Source: Nevskia ramosa DSM 11499 (lineage in GTDB: Bacteria; Pseudomonadota; Gammaproteobacteria; Nevskiales; Nevskiaceae). From it: 32,000 nucleotides of DNA. Numbering within the stretch: the stretch's first letter is position 1; every line of letters starts with the position of its first letter. Positions 1-8,186 of this stretch are shown piece after piece. The stretch is from contig NZ_ATVI01000005.1 of assembly GCF_000420645.1 (NCBI RefSeq), forward strand, positions 448,357 through 480,356, in the 5' to 3' direction. The translations under genes and the position numbers were made by a program. The notes beneath the pieces are model-generated. The model was not told the DNA's origin. It did not search any database and saw only the letters and a program-made list of their open reading frames with translations.

Positions 1-893
1 CTGTCGAAGTCCTCGTTGATTCGAAGTTCGGTTGCCATCCGGGCAGACACCCGGTCATAGGCGGTCTGCCGCAGACTGCTGTCACGCCATTGCGCCAGAA
101 ACATCGTGGCCGCCGCCGTCATACGGGGCGGCAGCTGCATCGATTTGAAGCGATCCGGCAGGTCAGTCTGCAAAGCTGCACCGAGGTCGGATACGAACAG
201 CTGCAGCAGCAGGTTCAACAGGGATGGCGTGTCGGACCTGAATCCGAAGGTCTTGGCAGCCAGTGCCCAGAGCGGTGCTTCCAGATCCAGCTTGACGATC
301 GCCTGCCAGGCCTTTGCCTCGTTGACCGATTCTGCAGGATCCAGATCGCTCACCGATGCGAACAGGGTCGAAAACAGACTGAAGGTGTCGGCTTGGTCGG
401 CGCGCACCGCGACTGCCAGCATCTTCAGATCAAGTTCGGCTTCCAGGTCATCCTGCGTGACCCAGCGTTGCAGGCGTTCAAGCCGTGCCTTGCTGCCAAG
501 GAACCTCGCACGCAGCTTCAGGTGCTCGCTCATCTGCTGATGTCGCAGGCCGAGATCCTGCACCAACATTGCGCTCGCGTCGGCGGAGAACGGCGCGGCA
601 TAGCGGCGAATGTCCAGCAGCCAGTCACGCGTCGGCTCCGGGGCCTGCTCGTCTTCGTAGATTACGAAGGCCTGACCGGGTTCGATCAGCTCCAGCTGTC
701 GTTTCAAGGCTAGTGCCGGCACCTGCGAGCGGCGCAGCAAGGTCAAGTCTTCAAGTTGCAGCTCATCGACCAGTTCGGTGAATTGCGCTTCGGGATCGGC
801 CCACCAGATCACGCGGTGTTGCTTCGCGCGCAGTGCCAGCAGGCTTTCGCGAATCCGGCTTGCGTGCGGATTGGTTGGGGCTTCGATACTCAT
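1..893 (-). CDS. pglZ: BREX PglZ (alkaline-phosphatase superfamily), N-terminal ~297 codons; gene continues beyond the left edge
   Basis: Absent from the ORF track because it is open at the window edge. My minus-strand translation from ATG 893-891 has no stop down to base 3: MSIEAPTNPHASRIRESLLALRAKQHRVIWWADPEAQFTELVDELQLEDLTLL...TRDWLLDIRRYAAPFSAD... The W-x-D-P-E-x-x-F and DWLLDIR pattern matches my recollection of PglZ N-termini. It occupies the pglZ slot after pglX. Its ATG overlaps the upstream TGA (ATGA). Confidence 0.75.
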   Translation of the reverse strand, partial: MSIEAPTNPHASRIRESLLALRAKQHRVIWWADPEAQFTELVDELQLEDLTLLRRSQVPALALKRQLELIEPGQAFVIYEDEQAPEPTRDWLLDIRRYAAPFSADASAMLVQDLGLRHQQMSEHLKLRARFLGSKARLERLQRWVTQDDLEAELDLKMLAVAVRADQADTFSLFSTLFASVSDLDPAESVNEAKAWQAIVKLDLEAPLWALAAKTFGFRSDTPSLLNLLLQLFVSDLGAALQTDLPDRFKSMQLPPRMTAAATMFLAQWRDSSLRQTAYDRVSARMATELRINEDFD

Positions 894-1813
894 AAGCGTC
901 CGTAAGTGTCCAGAACAGCTTCCAGTCTTTCCCGCGCGGCGAGGCGCTGGGTCGTTTTCATCGTTTGCAGATTGCGCAGCTTCCACTGCACGGCCGGAAG
1001 TTCAGCAATGCGCGGGTGGGGGAAGAGCGCCCAGTCCGGCTCGCCGGCTTTCAGTGACAGCAGGAACGCCTTGTCGCGCTCCGTCATTAATTTCTGCAGC
1101 TGGTTCAGCAAACGCTCGCGTGCTGCTTCCAGCTGGTCGAGCGTCACCGGTAACACGGTCATGCCGGCGAACTGCTTTGCGTAGCTGTCCGCCAGCGGCT
1201 TCCAGCGCGGTGCCAGCAGTTCATTGATCGGCCGGCCGTGGCTGACCAGGTAGGTCAGGAAGCCTTCAAACACTGCGCGATCGAGTTCGTCGGCATCCAG
1301 CAGCAGCATCACGTCGAACCAGTCACGCGGATGCTGACGATCTAGCGCAGCGCATAGCTTGCCGCCGTAAAGATCCGGCAGTGAAAGCACCGGCACGCTG
1401 GCGAAGCCGAACTCGGTTTGCGCACGGCGCGCCAGATCGCGGACAGACGGCTCATGCAAGGTGCCGCGCAGCACCGGCGAGATCTCGACCTTGATCTGCA
1501 CGTTGCCACGGCCGACGACGATGCGGAGGGCATCGCTGCGATTCGTGTCGAGGCGTACCCGGCAGCCGGGTAGCCTTCGCTCGCATTCAGCAGCGATACG
1601 GTGCAGCGCCGCCCGCGCGTTCGGCAGTGCCTGATCCCGTGGCTCAAGCGGAAGGTAGGCTAGATCGATATCCACCGACAGCCTTGGCATATCGCGCACG
1701 AACAGGTTGATTGCCGTGCCGCCTTTCAGCCCGAAGCAGGCCTCCGCGCCGGTGAACGGCAGCACATCGATCAGCAATCGCACCTGTTCGACGTAGTACT
1801 CAGTCGCGGCCAT
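890..1813 (-). CDS. abiEii: AbiEii/AbiGii-family nucleotidyltransferase toxin (type IV TA), pair 1
   Basis: ORF track gives 890..1909. I prefer the internal ATG at 1813-1811 (MAATEYYVEQ...), which overlaps the abiEi stop by 14 nt. Motif FGLKGGTAINLF...LSVDIDLAY is the GG-T/DxD signature of DUF1814/AbiEii proteins. An AbiEi gene lies directly upstream. Confidence 0.8.
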   Translation of the reverse strand: MAATEYYVEQVRLLIDVLPFTGAEACFGLKGGTAINLFVRDMPRLSVDIDLAYLPLEPRDQALPNARAALHRIAAECERRLPGCRVRLDTNRSDALRIVVGRGNVQIKVEISPVLRGTLHEPSVRDLARRAQTEFGFASVPVLSLPDLYGGKLCAALDRQHPRDWFDVMLLLDADELDRAVFEGFLTYLVSHGRPINELLAPRWKPLADSYAKQFAGMTVLPVTLDQLEAARERLLNQLQKLMTERDKAFLLSLKAGEPDWALFPHPRIAELPAVQWKLRNLQTMKTTQRLAARERLEAVLDTYGRL

Positions 1814-2570
1814 CGACAAACCCTTTCGGTACGCTGATCTGATGGATGCGGTGAATGGCGCTGCCCGGCCAGAGGTGCCGCTTGCCGCTGCCACGATCGA
1901 CCGAAGCAAGGTCGATCCTCGACACCCAGGGATGCCGATGATGCTCGCCCAGCAGCAATACCAGCCGGGTCACGCGGACCTGAGCGCAGGCCTGCAATAG
2001 CGCTTGCATCAGGCTCGGGCGCAAGCCCATCAAGCCCTGCATCGCATGGTCCAGTGCTTCGAAGCCCGGCTCGTCGTGCACCGCATGGGCCAGTTCGAAC
2101 ACGGCGCGCTCAGCAGCGGCGATGGTGATCGACAACTCGCCGATCACATGCTTTTTGAACGAGGCATCGAGGCCGTCCAGCGTGCTGAACAGGGCCGACT
2201 TCTGCACCGACACCGGACGGGTCCAGTTTGCCTTCGCGAACCAGGTAGGCACGCGGGTCTTCGGTCTGGCGAACAGGTGGACCGGTGCTGCGCCCATTGC
2301 GATGTTCTGGCCATAGCCCAGCAGATCCAGTGCAGTCTGCCCGGCGATCCATATCGGAACGCCATCGTGCTGCAAGCCATGCACGCCACCGGGCCAGTCC
2401 ACCGATTCGCCTGCACGCGCATAGGCTCCCGTGCCCACCGGCACCAGCCAGCCACTGCGCAGGTAATGCGCGGTGAGGTTCCGGTCAATGCCCTGCGTCC
2501 GCAGCCACGCTGCCGTCACTACGGCATTCCGGGGCAGGCGCTGCAGCACAAGGTTTAATTTGGAACTCAT
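1800..2570 (-). CDS. abiEi: AbiEi-family antitoxin / transcriptional regulator (type IV TA), pair 1
   Basis: 256 aa. The N-terminal winged-HTH stretch AVVTAAWLRTQGIDRNLTAHYLRSGWLVPVGTGAYAR is typical of the AbiEi_4 domain. It overlaps the downstream AbiEii gene. Confidence 0.75.
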   Translation of the reverse strand: MSSKLNLVLQRLPRNAVVTAAWLRTQGIDRNLTAHYLRSGWLVPVGTGAYARAGESVDWPGGVHGLQHDGVPIWIAGQTALDLLGYGQNIAMGAAPVHLFARPKTRVPTWFAKANWTRPVSVQKSALFSTLDGLDASFKKHVIGELSITIAAAERAVFELAHAVHDEPGFEALDHAMQGLMGLRPSLMQALLQACAQVRVTRLVLLLGEHHRHPWVSRIDLASVDRGSGKRHLWPGSAIHRIHQISVPKGFVDGRD

Positions 2571-2571
2571 G

Positions 2572-2590
2572 GGCGTAGCGATACTACGCC
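2572..2590. promoter_or_regulatory. Palindrome GGCGTAG-N5-CTACGCC abutting the abiEi (pair 1) start codon; possible operator
   Basis: Read directly: ggcgtag (2572-2578), cgata, ctacgcc (2584-2590). It ends 2 nt before the ATG at 2570-2568, inside the 75-nt gap after the DUF932 gene. Confidence 0.3.
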
Positions 2591-2645
2591 AAAGAGAACT
2601 TCCTTAAACCAATGCACGGCGAAAATCCTTTGATGTGGACGATGC

Positions 2646-3647
2646 CTAGGCGGCTTCCAGCTTCGCAATCAGCGACGGAATGTCCCGCTGCCAGCCGCTA
2701 CGCTCATCCGCGTTGCGCCGATGCGTGGCGACCCAGGACAGCGCCTGACCGACGTCGTACAAGTTGACCACGTGGCGCACGGCACCTGGAACCGGTGCCA
2801 GCATCCCGGCGCGTTTCTTCGACGGAATAGCTTTCTCGAATGAATCCGCGAACTCGGCGTCATGCCCGGTGCGGCAAATGTGCAGCGTGCGGAAGGCTGC
2901 CAGCTTGCCCCAGGTATCGGCAACAGCCGTGTCCGCCCAGCGCGACAGGTGCTGCTGCTTGACCGCCGTCGTCGACCAGCGATGCAGCTGCTCGCGGTCT
3001 GCTGCCACGGTATTCAGCGCTTCTGGAACCAGCTGCGACAGCATCGAAATATCCAGCGAGGCGTCGTGAATCGCCCGCAGTTGCCTGAGCGACTTGTTGA
3101 TCACCAGGCCGTTCGAACACACCAACCGGTACCAGCCGAGAAACAGTTCGAGCGATGCGCCGCCGTCGACGGCATTGAAGCATTCGAAGCGCAGTCGCAG
3201 GCGGTGTTGGTCCGGCGGCACGTAATCCTTGCCTTCCGGCAGGAACATCCGGAAGTTCATCCATTCGCCGAGTGTCGTCAGGCCCAGCTGGCACTCAAGT
3301 CGATTGACGTCGAAACCGCAGCTCGCGAGCGCATTCACACAGCGCTCGGCGACTTCCTGATGCTGCGCCAGCGTGTAGGTGTTCGACACGATGCCAACCG
3401 GCATCCGTTGCTCGAATGGCGTCATCGGCAGCCGATATACCGCGCGGTAATACGGGTTGGCCGGCGCGCCGCCGTCACTGCGGAACTCGGCTAGCTCGAA
3501 CCGGGGGATATGTTTGCGGACTTGTGGCCAGTAGCCGCTGACATAGGTCACTTCGCGCGAGTGCCAGTTCGCGCTTTCGTCGGTCAGCCGAACGCCGTCT
3601 TCAGGCGGCGGGGCCGGGTTGGGCAAAAAAAGGTGACCATCATTCAT
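2646..3647 (-). CDS. DUF932-family protein (YfjQ-like), embedded in the BREX operon
   Basis: 333 aa ORF. VGIVSNTYTLAQHQEV and FECFNAVDGGASLELFLGWYRLVCSNGLV resemble the N-x-DG-S...R-x-VC-x-NG core I recall from DUF932 proteins such as E. coli YfjQ (LLNSHDGSSSY...FRFVCQNGCV). The ATG at 3647-3645 overlaps the pglX TGA at 3642-3640 (ATGAATGA). Confidence 0.7.
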   Translation of the reverse strand: MNDGHLFLPNPAPPPEDGVRLTDESANWHSREVTYVSGYWPQVRKHIPRFELAEFRSDGGAPANPYYRAVYRLPMTPFEQRMPVGIVSNTYTLAQHQEVAERCVNALASCGFDVNRLECQLGLTTLGEWMNFRMFLPEGKDYVPPDQHRLRLRFECFNAVDGGASLELFLGWYRLVCSNGLVINKSLRQLRAIHDASLDISMLSQLVPEALNTVAADREQLHRWSTTAVKQQHLSRWADTAVADTWGKLAAFRTLHICRTGHDAEFADSFEKAIPSKKRAGMLAPVPGAVRHVVNLYDVGQALSWVATHRRNADERSGWQRDIPSLIAKLEAA

Positions 3648-6600
3648 CGTTGTCGCCGCCAGTCACAGCCTTCACTTCCGCCAGCAGGTCGCCGAACTTG
3701 CCGTAATTGACCTTCACGCCATCGTCGAGATCTAGGGTGATGCGCTGGTCGGCGGCGTGGCGGAGTTTTTCGTCGAATCGACGGAGTTCTTCGAGTTGCT
3801 TGCGCAGGCTGTCCTGCTGCTTGCGCAGGCGGGTGGTGGTGGCGCTGCTGGTGCTGGCGGCGATGTCCTGGTCGAGCTGGTCGATGCGGGCTTGCAGGCG
3901 GCTTTGCAGCGGCACCACGTAGTCCATGCGCATGCGCGACAGGGTGCCGGCGTTGTAGCGGTGCAGGTAGACCAGGCACTGGAAGGCCTTTTCCTTGCCG
4001 CTGCTGAACAGCCAGTAGATCGGCCGCTTCTTGTAGGTCTGCAGGTGGTCCTTGAAGAAGCGGTCGCATAGATAGCGGCGCAGCGTGTCGCGGCTGGCCT
4101 CGCCCGTCTTCGGCGACAGGTTTTCGGCCAGGAAGCGCAGGTTCTCTTCTAGGTGCGTGGCATCCCAGGCCACCGAAATGAACTCGACCAGACGCTTGCA
4201 GGCATCGTCCTCGAACCATTCGGTATCGGTCAGCGGCAGGATGCCATCGGCATCGGCCGGGAAGCGGGTGTAGCGGCTGGGGTCGAAGCCTTCGTTGCCA
4301 CTGTGCGCGTAGATCAGTCCCGGCGCATCGAGGCTGTAGCGGCCCATCATGCAGCCGATGGCGTAGGACACCAGCTCCTGCATCGTGTCTTCGCGGAAGC
4401 GGGTCCACTGCTCTTCCTCGGTCAGCTTGCCGCCGTAGCGATAGGCTGGGTTCACCGTTAGCGTGATCTGCTCGATCGGGACTTCTGATGTCAGCTCGTC
4501 CTGCAGGCCGTAGGCGTCTATGAAGACGCGGTTGTTCTTTTCTTCGAGGCGCCGCATCTGGGCGATGGTGGCGCGGTTCTGAGTAATCCAGGCTGTGCAG
4601 CATGATTCGAGCGTTGACTTGGCTGTAGCGACGGCAACCAAGATCGGTAGAGATTGGAAGTCCCAAGAGCGCTCGTAAGCGTTCCAGTCGTTCATTGCGA
4701 TATCAATGCACGGCCTGACCACTTCAGTCGTTCTGCGCGCTACATCAACATTAATAGGCAGCTTGCCTAAAGGACCTTGCGAGTAATGAACATCTGGGCT
4801 AAGAAATCGCAGGAAGTAATCGAGGATCGGCGAGCAACCGAGTGCTAAAACGCTATAAAGATCGGAAATATTGCTCGCAAAGCACATCGGTCCTGTATGG
4901 CTGAACACGAAGCCCGGCGGAGAGAATCTTATAGAAAAACTTCCAATGCTGACGCTAGACCAAGTGACTCCCTGCTGAAAATATTTCTCTTTGTTAATTA
5001 CACGTCCATTTGATTTTACTCGTGCACCAGGGGTGCTATCAATAAATCTACAAATAGTTTCGCCATCGTTCTCATAGTTGATGACATGCTGATTGTTCCC
5101 GAACCACTTACGGAAATTTCCGCCCTTGTTTAGGGCAAACCACTTGCCCGATCGACGGGTTTCGTACGACACACAGGAAGGATGTACAAATGAGGCAACA
5201 GAGGGCTCATGCCATTGTCTTAAGAAAATTTCATCCTTTGTCGTGGCAAGCCCCTGCCGAGGCCTAGCAAAATCGTAGAGACTTGGAAATTCAGAGAAGG
5301 CTCTAATCGTCGAAGCACCGGCCCAATACGCTATTGGATTTCCGGGAATCTTTGAGAATTCAGCATTAGAGATGCTGAACCTAGTGTTTATGCGAAAACG
5401 GCGTTGTAGTTCTTCATTGCTCGCGACGCTGCCTGGCTTGTCGAATAGGCGTAAGAATCGACCACAAAATTGATGCGGTGCCCCCCGAAGCAATACATAG
5501 GAACAACTGCCAAAATCTGAGCCCCATACTCCTCGGCCATTATGTACAAGTGTCGAAATCGGGGCATCGCTTGATATGGTGTTCCGCAACTCTTCGAAGG
5601 AGGATAGGAACATCCAATTGGGAATTGTAATCATCCCGACACGACCGTTCTTCCGTGCAAAGATGACGTTTCTCTGGGCGAATGCACCATAGAGATCCGA
5701 TTTTCCGGCTGGGTAAGTACGATGTACGAAGTCCTTAAGTGGTTCGTCGTAATACTTTCCGCCCATATACGGCGGATTCGCCACAACGGAGTCATACCGT
5801 GCTGCCAGCATCTCTGCCTGTCGCGTCAGAACAGCCAACTGCGCCAGCGCCTCGAGCACGAACAGATCCTGCCCATCCGTCTCGCTCAAGCGCCGCAAAG
5901 CCGCCAGCTTGGCTGCCAGCGCTTCCGGCACGTGGATCAACGAGCCAAACGTCGTCGCATGCTCGAACAGCCCCTTCAGCGCCGTGAGGTCTCCCGAGGT
6001 CAGGCCGTAGTCCGCCAGCTTCACGCCCTGCACCAGCCGCTCGGCGTCAAAGCTTGCGCTGTCCTGCAGCGCCATCACGTTCAGCTGCACGCCTCGCTCG
6101 AACAGCCGCCGGTCGTCGGCGCGGGCCTTCATCATCAACGCGAAGCCGGTGAGCTGGGCGGCGCGGTCGTCGATGTCCAGCCCATACAGGTTCTTTTCCA
6201 GTATCAGCTTCGGGATGTCGCGCAGCACATAGCCGCGTTCCAGATAGATCGCTTTGAACAGTTCGTAGGCCTCGACCAGGATGTGGCCGGAGCCGCAAGC
6301 TGGGTCGATCAGGGTCAAGGCTTCCGGGTCTAGGCTGGCTGGCGTGATCGCCGCCAGTTGCGCCCTGACCGTTTCGGTCTGCTCGGCCGGCTCAATGTAG
6401 TAGGCCATCTGGGCCTTGAGGCCTGAATCCGGATAGGTGGCCAGCCACTGCGCGCCCAGCGAGTTCTGGACCATGTACTTGACGATCCAGTTCGGCGTGA
6501 ACAGCTGGGTGGCGGCCGGAATGTCTTCCGACTTCACGACCTTGCCGATCACTTGGTCCTTCTTTTCCGAGATGTAGAACTGGTACAGCCAGCCGATGAT

Positions 6601-7215
6601 CTCGACGTCCTGCCAGCTGGCTTCGTCGATGGCGGTGACCAGGCTGCGGATCAACGAATCGGTGCGCAGCAGGCCGTCCGGCAGCAGCAGTTCGGTGGCG
6701 TCATCAATGGCTTCGAACAGGAAGGGCATTGCGGTGTGCAGCGCGTGGCATTGGGCGAGCAGCACGGCGCGGTACAGGTCTTCATCGCGATTGCCGGCGG
6801 CCTTCCATTCCAGCGCCTGCTGGCGATCCAGCCCCGGCAGCTCGATGCGGGCCAGGTGTTCGAGGATTTCCGGCTGGCTGCTGCCATCCGGATGGCTCAG
6901 CACGCGGTAGCCGTGGTCGAGATAGCCGTGCAGCTCCATGTAGCGGATCGCGACCAGCCGGTTGAACCAGGTGTAGGCCAGTGCTTCGATGACGGACGCA
7001 TAGCTCTGCTGCTGGATGCGGGCGGCGAGCTTGCGGCGCTGCTCGGCGATCCGCGCCGGATGCGGCTGGCCGTTGATCAGCAGCACGTCGCCCTGCTGCT
7101 GGACGGTGGCCGGGTGCTCCGGGTTCAGGCCGAGCATTTCGGCGCGGCGGCCAACGGCGGCGATGAACGCCTTGCGGGCCAGCGGGGCGTAGGTTTTGAG
7201 GGGGGCGGTGTTCAT
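3640..7215 (-). CDS. pglX: BREX N6-adenine DNA methyltransferase PglX
   Basis: The ORF track frame 3640..7239 begins at a TTG. The first ATG at 7215-7213 gives MNTAPLKTYAPLARKAF... and overlaps the upstream TGA (ATGA). It has an AdoMet motif IDPACGSGHIL and catalytic motif IV VANPPYMGG (coded at 5764-5778). The ~1190 aa size and position after brxC also fit. Confidence 0.9.
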   Translation of the reverse strand: MNTAPLKTYAPLARKAFIAAVGRRAEMLGLNPEHPATVQQQGDVLLINGQPHPARIAEQRRKLAARIQQQSYASVIEALAYTWFNRLVAIRYMELHGYLDHGYRVLSHPDGSSQPEILEHLARIELPGLDRQQALEWKAAGNRDEDLYRAVLLAQCHALHTAMPFLFEAIDDATELLLPDGLLRTDSLIRSLVTAIDEASWQDVEIIGWLYQFYISEKKDQVIGKVVKSEDIPAATQLFTPNWIVKYMVQNSLGAQWLATYPDSGLKAQMAYYIEPAEQTETVRAQLAAITPASLDPEALTLIDPACGSGHILVEAYELFKAIYLERGYVLRDIPKLILEKNLYGLDIDDRAAQLTGFALMMKARADDRRLFERGVQLNVMALQDSASFDAERLVQGVKLADYGLTSGDLTALKGLFEHATTFGSLIHVPEALAAKLAALRRLSETDGQDLFVLEALAQLAVLTRQAEMLAARYDSVVANPPYMGGKYYDEPLKDFVHRTYPAGKSDLYGAFAQRNVIFARKNGRVGMITIPNWMFLSSFEELRNTISSDAPISTLVHNGRGVWGSDFGSCSYVLLRGAPHQFCGRFLRLFDKPGSVASNEELQRRFRINTRFSISNAEFSKIPGNPIAYWAGASTIRAFSEFPSLYDFARPRQGLATTKDEIFLRQWHEPSVASFVHPSCVSYETRRSGKWFALNKGGNFRKWFGNNQHVINYENDGETICRFIDSTPGARVKSNGRVINKEKYFQQGVTWSSVSIGSFSIRFSPPGFVFSHTGPMCFASNISDLYSVLALGCSPILDYFLRFLSPDVHYSQGPLGKLPINVDVARRTTEVVRPCIDIAMNDWNAYERSWDFQSLPILVAVATAKSTLESCCTAWITQNRATIAQMRRLEEKNNRVFIDAYGLQDELTSEVPIEQITLTVNPAYRYGGKLTEEEQWTRFREDTMQELVSYAIGCMMGRYSLDAPGLIYAHSGNEGFDPSRYTRFPADADGILPLTDTEWFEDDACKRLVEFISVAWDATHLEENLRFLAENLSPKTGEASRDTLRRYLCDRFFKDHLQTYKKRPIYWLFSSGKEKAFQCLVYLHRYNAGTLSRMRMDYVVPLQSRLQARIDQLDQDIAASTSSATTTRLRKQQDSLRKQLEELRRFDEKLRHAADQRITLDLDDGVKVNYGKFGDLLAEVKAVTGGDNDE

Positions 7216-8186
7216 GGTGGGTTGGCGGCGAGCAGGCAACGCGTCGCGATGTCCCGAAAGGTATTCAGGACATCGTCGAAGGCGGGGTTCTGGTTGGAAA
7301 ACAGCAAGGGGACAACGTGCTGGTCGTAGTCCGACCGATGCCGATCGGATTCGTCGAGGCTTTGCAGTGCGGCCTGAAGGGCCGATGCCGGGCTGGTCGC
7401 ATCGGTGAAACTGCGGCCATAGCTGGCGCGTTCTTCTTGGAGAACTTCGGCAAACAGGTTCACGGCCTCGTCCACGGCACCGGGGTGCCGGTGCGCGATG
7501 GCGTGAACATCATGCAGATGCCGGGCAAGCGTACGGTCCGATGGCTTGGCTGATGCTGGGTCGCGGATCTCGTCGGCCCGCCGCCGCAGCCACGCCATGA
7601 CCTTTTCGGCGAGGGTTTCGGCGATGTTCTGGCAGGGCACCTGGATCAGCGGGTTCGGGGTGTCGCCGACAAACTGGTCAACCATTCGCCAGATCGGCCT
7701 GGTTGTTGCTGGTCGCCGAAGGGTGGACAGGCGCAGTTCGATTTGCAGTTCAGGCCGCAGGGCGATGGCTTGCGCATATCGGGGGAGGTAGCGCCAGCGC
7801 ATGGTTATCTGCCGTGACTGATCGGCCTTGGTCAGCCATTGGTCGTCGGCCGGCTCGAATCCGGCGCTGGAAAGACGACCGGCGATGGCTTCGAAGACCG
7901 CCTTCATGGCTTTCGTCTGCTGGCCCCCGCTCAAATGCCCTTCCAGGTGGACCTTGATGTCGATGTCTTCCGACATGCGGGCGATGACGCCGTGACCCTT
8001 GGACAGGCTGGTGCCGCCGCAGAAGGTCAGGCTGGCGCCTGCGTTGACCGGCCAAGGGAACAGTTGGGCCAGGCTTTCGGTAACGTGGATGTCCTTTTCG
8101 AAAATCGCTGCCGTGAGACCGCCGACGTCACGTTCGGCCATCACGGCGTCGATCCGTTCAGCGTGTTCGGCTGAAATCGTTCTCAT
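7212..8186 (-). CDS. abiEii: AbiEii/AbiGii-family nucleotidyltransferase toxin (type IV TA), pair 2
   Basis: 324 aa. FCGGTSLSKGHGVIARMSEDIDIKV is the AbiEii-type GGT...DxD signature. It is preceded by an overlapping small wHTH gene. Its stop TGA at 7214-7212 overlaps the pglX ATG. Confidence 0.75.
   Translation of the reverse strand: MRTISAEHAERIDAVMAERDVGGLTAAIFEKDIHVTESLAQLFPWPVNAGASLTFCGGTSLSKGHGVIARMSEDIDIKVHLEGHLSGGQQTKAMKAVFEAIAGRLSSAGFEPADDQWLTKADQSRQITMRWRYLPRYAQAIALRPELQIELRLSTLRRPATTRPIWRMVDQFVGDTPNPLIQVPCQNIAETLAEKVMAWLRRRADEIRDPASAKPSDRTLARHLHDVHAIAHRHPGAVDEAVNLFAEVLQEERASYGRSFTDATSPASALQAALQSLDESDRHRSDYDQHVVPLLFSNQNPAFDDVLNTFRDIATRCLLAANPP

Noticed and set aside
3625-3631. A7 tract (T7 on the coding strand) in codons 6-8 of the DUF932 gene, and a G6 tract at 7200-7205 in codons 4-6 of pglX, considered as possible slipped-strand phase-variation switches. 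pglX phase variation through a G tract is known in Streptomyces.
   Set aside because: Runs of 6-7 nt are short for efficient slippage, and a single sequence cannot show length heterogeneity. Checking read-level indels at these sites would be needed before making any claim.
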